NCBI GenBank assembly: GCA_963733055.1
Contig: CAVTBR010000002.1
Span: 288,001-352,000, forward strand
Origin: Candidatus Bathyarchaeota archaeon
Lineage (GTDB): Archaea; Thermoproteota; Bathyarchaeia; 40CM-2-53-6
Length of the DNA: 64,000 bases
Direction: 5' to 3'
Position numbers and translations under genes: made by a program. The notes under the pieces were generated by a model. That model saw only the letters and a list, made by a program, of their open reading frames with translations, searched no databases and was not told where the DNA came from. Below are positions 59,781-64,000 of this stretch, piece after piece; the first letter of the stretch is position 1; each line of letters starts with the position of its first letter.

Positions 59781-60552
59781 TCATTCCGCCCACCGGTACA
59801 TATGTTCCGTCGAGCAATGGCGGCCGTTGAGGCTCCAGTCGTCTCGGAAACTCGTTCCATTCTCTTCCGTCCAGACGCCGTCCGCCGGACTTCGGTTTTG
59901 TTCCACCCCATTGTTTGAAGAAGAAGGAGACTCCCGCCGCCAGGCACTGGTCACGAACTTCTCTGGCCCACTGAACATTCAACGGCCTGTGATTCCGCCC
60001 AGATTCTCCCCCGACAATTACCCAGTGAACTCCGCGGAGATTGAGAACCCCAACGGGACCTATCAAAGGCTCAATGCTGAGGAATCTCACCCTCGCCGGG
60101 GTCTGCCTCAAATGGTCTATACGAAACTTGAACCTGGAATCTTCGACACTCACGCCCAACCACGCATTGTCCGGAAAGCCCCCGATTCTCTCGCCGTAGC
60201 GCTTCATGATCCATGAGCGTTTGGTCAAGATCTGGTACGTATGCTGGGGGGTCTTTCTGATGGTCTCGACCGCTCTATCCCTGACTTGGTCGGGAATCTT
60301 CTCGTGGAAAAAGTCGCTCATAGAGCAGGTGAATATCATTCTGTGGTCACGCCATTTCAATGGCAGACTAAGCAAATCCTCGTGGACCGTCACCACATCC
60401 GGCGTGGCAGGGTACCTTCTGTTCTTCATCCGGTGGAGACGTGGATACAGCCGATACATGTAGCAATTCGCGCACCCCGGAGAGATTTTCGTGCATCCGG
60501 TCGCCCAATTCCACGTTGCGTCAGTCCATTCGATCGACGACTTGTCCGCCAT
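59758..60552 (-). CDS. DUF5131 / phage Gp37-Gp68 radical-SAM-like protein
   Basis: SIEWTDATWN..TGCTKISPGCANCY, SMSDFFH, YQILTKR, SIEPLIG, WVIVGGESG, FFFKQWGG. Confidence 0.93.
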   Translation of the reverse strand: MADKSSIEWTDATWNWATGCTKISPGCANCYMYRLYPRLHRMKNRRYPATPDVVTVHEDLLSLPLKWRDHRMIFTCSMSDFFHEKIPDQVRDRAVETIRKTPQHTYQILTKRSWIMKRYGERIGGFPDNAWLGVSVEDSRFKFRIDHLRQTPARVRFLSIEPLIGPVGVLNLRGVHWVIVGGESGRNHRPLNVQWAREVRDQCLAAGVSFFFKQWGGTKPKSGGRRLDGREWNEFPRRLEPQRPPLLDGTYVPVGGMIDLRTPH

Positions 60553-60553
60553 G

Positions 60554-60874
60554 CTAGCTCCCTCCTAGCTCGTTGGAACCTTCGAGGTGGTTTTCACGGT
60601 TTGCAAGCTCCAAGAGAATGTCGGCGTGACATGGCTGGTCCATGTTGCAGAAACATGCTAAGTTCTTTCCGCGCAACGGTGCCAAAAACCCTGGCCGTTT
60701 GACGATTTCTTGCACAAGCCATGCCTTGTATTTGACGAGCACTTCGCCCTGGTCCCCGTGAACTCCGATCTTGAAAGGGTTCCCCCACTGCGTAGGGCGA
60801 CCGACGTAAATCGTGTTGCGTGGCATCCGCCACCCTCTAGTTCGCTTGCGTTGGACGCGATGCAAGAGCGTCAT
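60554..60874 (-). CDS. DUF4326 family protein
   Basis: YVGRPTQWGNPF, LRGKNLACFC, PCHADIL. Confidence 0.88.
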   Translation of the reverse strand: MTLLHRVQRKRTRGWRMPRNTIYVGRPTQWGNPFKIGVHGDQGEVLVKYKAWLVQEIVKRPGFLAPLRGKNLACFCNMDQPCHADILLELANRENHLEGSNELGGS

Positions 60875-60933
60875 TTCGTTGCGCTCACTTAGCGCAGCTG
60901 CGACGAATGTGGCGGAATTAAATGTTGGGACAG

Positions 60934-61834
60934 CTAAACCAGGGGCTGCGCCAGAGTCCAGAGGTCTTCGAACACCTTCCTGAAGAGCTGGTGACTTTCG
61001 ATTTGCACCAGATAAGTCGGCTTCTTTCCCGTCCTTGAATGATTGACCCATAACCCAGCAACCATCGTCTATGAAGAACAGCCTGTCGTGGCAGTCCTTG
61101 CTAGTACGCACCTCGAAGTTGACGCCGGGATTCATCTTGAACTTCTTCGCAACAGTCACAAAGTTGCCTTTCGGCGTATTCGTAAGGATCCGAATCTTGA
61201 TTCCCGTGGGTATCTTCTCAAGGTACAGGTTGAGGATCTCTTCGTCGGCATACGCATCGATCAGGAAGACCTCGCTCTTCGCCTGTGTCGTTATGTCGCG
61301 GATGTCCTTGTAAAAGTCATAGACCTGTCCTTTTTCGTAGACTTTCTCTCCCTGCCCGTAAACGATTGTCTGGGGCTTGAGGTTGGACCAAGGCAGCTCG
61401 ATGCCGGCTTCGAGAAGCATCTTATCGATCTTGAGCATTTCGTCGAAGATAGCCTTCAGATTAGTCATCAACTGCTTGAATGCGCTGTGCACCGTGTCTA
61501 TGCGCTGCTGATGCTGCATGAAGTTGGGGGAGACGTCTCCATTTCGGTCGACTTCCTGAACAACCCGATAGTAACAATGACCGTCGGGCATTATGTTGCA
61601 TGAGTGGCAGAAGGCGAACCCGAGCCTTTCGAGGAAGTTCTCTCTCCGATCCTTTCCGCGGACATTGGAGCGTTGAAGATAGGGAGAATAATCGAAGGTG
61701 TTGGAGTAGACGTGAATCACGAAGAAAGCTGACTGCTGACTGACTTTCAGGTAGGAAAGGCGTCCGAGAAATTCGCCGCTTCCAGCTTCGTTGACCTTCT
61801 CATTTGATAGACCGACGTGCCCCTCGCCGTTCAT
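60934..61834 (-). CDS. Hypothetical protein with C-terminal PLD-like nuclease domain (indel about 61030)
   Basis: LIDAY, IRILT, HDRLFFIDD, MGQSFKD; continues GKKPTYL..FEDLW..* in a shifted frame. Confidence 0.7.
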
Positions 61835-62102
61835 AACAATGCTTTAGCGCCGTTCTCGGATAAATGGCTTGGAGTGAAGATTGGACTCTACCAGAATGGT
61901 CCGAAATCTCCTTGGGGAAATCACACACTCGCCTTGTGAAGTCCTTCGCCAAGTGATCTGGGTATTCACCACTGAGTGAAGGTACCATGTGTCGAGACTG
62001 TGGCTTCCAAACCGAGTTACGATCCGAATTGATCTTGAGTCGGAATCGTTGACTGCGGCGCCATCCCGAAATCACAAATAAAGCAATCATCCGTTATTTG
62101 GT

Positions 62103-63527
62103 ATGGGATTGGGTAATATACGGTCCCTTGTGCTTAGTTCCAGGTTCGTCTTCTCTCTCTACGTTCTTCAGGCGCTTTTCCCGATAACAAGTATCCTCTT
62201 GATATTAGTGCCCAGTGTGCCCTACGTCGCCAAAGTGATGGGGTTTCCTCTCCTGTCCATTGGCTTTGGTCTATATCCTAATGGCGTGCTGGCAACCACG
62301 GCCCAGAATATCGGACTCAAAAACAAGTCTTGGTTCAAAGGAGCCTTGGACGCGGCGTGTGTCGCAGCTGCCATAGGGTTCATAGTCTCTTTTGGGTATT
62401 TGGCACGGGCCGATGAGAGCATACTAAACTCGATTTGGTTGGCTATTACAGTCGCCTACGTCTTCTCGGTTCTCATTGTGACCGCCAGCGCCCCCGATGA
62501 AGAGATTAGGCACCGACTGGTTGACCGCCTGAACGCTTACTCCGCCCGGGAGATGATAACCTTCAGAACTGGAATGGCCCGCACTAAGTTTGCTTCGCGA
62601 TTATTCTTCAAGGACAACCTGAAATCCCTATTCGCACTAATTATCGGCCTGTATTTGGTTGTCTCACTAACGGACCCGCTCGTTTACCCTCACTTGTTGA
62701 TTGCGACTATCGGGGGCGTCGTTTTCCTGTCAGCCCTCACAAAACTTGCCGTTTACGTGCTCTCAGGCGCCACTTTGATTTTACGTCGGGCCGACGGTGG
62801 ATCTCGACCCACCAATTTGGGGACGAGATATTGGCTGTTGTACGGAGGATCGATCGGCCTCTGCTCGGTGTTGACGTACTATCAGTTTCTATTCAGTGCT
62901 CTATCCCTACCGCCGACTTATTTCTACATGCTGCGTGAAGTGGCCCTCGACGGAGCGATTGTTAACGTCCAGCTTGCGTGCCTGATTGGATTGAGCATAA
63001 ACATTGTCGCAGGTCCTCGGCTCGGGGAGGGGCTCACGAAGTTCCTGAGCTACCTCTCCAGGGTCTGGAGATATTCGCAGCTTGACCGCAAGGCAACTGA
63101 AATCCATCTAGGCAGCAAGCCCAGTGTGAGCACGTTTCAAATGTTTTTTCACGGACTCCTGGAAATCTCTGCAGGCGTTGTGTGGGTGGTTGTCGTGTTT
63201 CCGGCCGCTCTTTCTCCTCTTGTGGGACTAGCTTCCCTGTCGCTTCTCGCAGCGATCGGGTGCTTATCGGTGGCGGTATACGTTTTTCTCGACCTTGGGT
63301 TCAGAGGGGTTGAACTCGATGGGACCAAGATCAGTCCGAAGCTACTTCACAAGGCTTGGACGATTCTCACCGTTGTCGCGGCCGTAAAGCAAATCATTAG
63401 TCCCAATATGTCCATCATAGTTGTCGCAATTCCGGTAGGTCTAAGCGCGATCTTGGGTTTCACCCTCGGATTCCTCGCATCATACGAATCCGCTGCAGCC
63501 AGAATACGCTTCAATTCAAGAGACTGA
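62103..63527 (+). CDS. Polytopic membrane hypothetical protein
   Basis: About 12 hydrophobic segments. Confidence 0.7.
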   Translation: MGLGNIRSLVLSSRFVFSLYVLQALFPITSILLILVPSVPYVAKVMGFPLLSIGFGLYPNGVLATTAQNIGLKNKSWFKGALDAACVAAAIGFIVSFGYLARADESILNSIWLAITVAYVFSVLIVTASAPDEEIRHRLVDRLNAYSAREMITFRTGMARTKFASRLFFKDNLKSLFALIIGLYLVVSLTDPLVYPHLLIATIGGVVFLSALTKLAVYVLSGATLILRRADGGSRPTNLGTRYWLLYGGSIGLCSVLTYYQFLFSALSLPPTYFYMLREVALDGAIVNVQLACLIGLSINIVAGPRLGEGLTKFLSYLSRVWRYSQLDRKATEIHLGSKPSVSTFQMFFHGLLEISAGVVWVVVVFPAALSPLVGLASLSLLAAIGCLSVAVYVFLDLGFRGVELDGTKISPKLLHKAWTILTVVAAVKQIISPNMSIIVVAIPVGLSAILGFTLGFLASYESAAARIRFNSRD

Positions 63528-63534
63528 GAGCGTT

Positions 63535-63933
63535 CTATACACTCATCGCGTGCGCATACCAAGCGGGCAAGGTAACGGCTCTGCCAGACTGTTTTGCGAT
63601 CTTTCTTTTCTTGTGGAACATTGACTTGGGGGCGGGGGGCGTGTCTGTTTCTTCGACCGCTTCCTGCTTTTCGTCTTCCACAGCGCGGCCGAAGACCCTG
63701 ACCTCCTGCTCCTCTGTCAGAACGATTTCCTGTGTCCGCCGCACATATTCGAGTTCGCCCTCGTTCAGAAATCCCAGGTTCTTGGTGGTCTGCAAGCCAT
63801 TCACCGTCTGGACCACGCGGTACGGGTAGGCCGCTTTCTGGTCGTGCAGCATCTGCTTATCCACCTCGACCTCGACGCAAGCGCGCCGGTTGCGACTGAA
63901 GGCTTTCGCCGTGAACAGTTTTTCGACGCTCAA
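63535..63933 (-). CDS. Hypothetical protein ending in a truncated AbrB-like motif
   Basis: C-terminal KRKIAKQSGRAVTLPAWYA. Confidence 0.55.
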   Translation of the reverse strand: MSVEKLFTAKAFSRNRRACVEVEVDKQMLHDQKAAYPYRVVQTVNGLQTTKNLGFLNEGELEYVRRTQEIVLTEEQEVRVFGRAVEDEKQEAVEETDTPPAPKSMFHKKRKIAKQSGRAVTLPAWYAHAMSV

Positions 63934-64000
63934 TTAACTTTCCACCTGTATCGTTGTAACCGCTACCTTGATCGTGACTTGCTGAGGGCTGACACTTTGC

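Larger units (their letters stand above)
42462..64000. mobile_element. Integrated element/genomic island at tRNA-Leu 3' end (distal att not in window)
   Basis: Abrupt switch to orphan genes after the tRNA; tyrosine integrase; many small Zn-finger/AbrB/RHH genes; phage-associated DUF5131/DUF4326. Confidence 0.8.

Noticed and set aside
60554-61834. Novel PLD-nuclease/DUF4326 fusion (426-aa ORF)
   Set aside because: An indel at about 61030 creates the join; the shifted frame gives a natural C-terminus ending at 60934 and DUF4326 has its own ATG at 60874

Overview
Archaeal (TACK-type, most consistent with Bathyarchaeia; this is inference from gene content) chromosomal window. 1-22.4 kb and 35.4-42.5 kb are mostly core genes: thiolase/DUF35, unlinked 5S rRNA, map, a trpS-pheS-pheT-tyrS cluster, class I GAPDH, dnaG, a PolB3-like polymerase whose proofreading motifs are all degenerate, rps11, aRF1, pyrH, a TtuA/NcsA-like gene, SRP RNA, rps7-EF1a-rps10, htpX with a YdjG/YdjI-like module, and a two-intron tRNA-Leu(CAA). 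There are two accessory regions. (1) 22.4-~31 kb, downstream of the SRP RNA gene, is divided by three same-orientation copies of the SRP RNA 3' end. This looks like an integrase-less cargo array that accumulated at the SRP RNA gene, and one copy coincides with the break point of a truncated ClC gene. (2) 42.5 kb to the window end is a mosaic integrated element after tRNA-Leu, with a tyrosine integrase, a provirus-like divergent regulator region, three tandem AbrB paralogues with 8-bp-period repeat arrays, a large Asp-box beta-propeller protein, a PEF-type surface protein and a DUF4326/DUF5131/TcmP module. Several small indels, one in essential pheT, are probably sequencing errors. All family calls come from motif recognition only; no searches were run.
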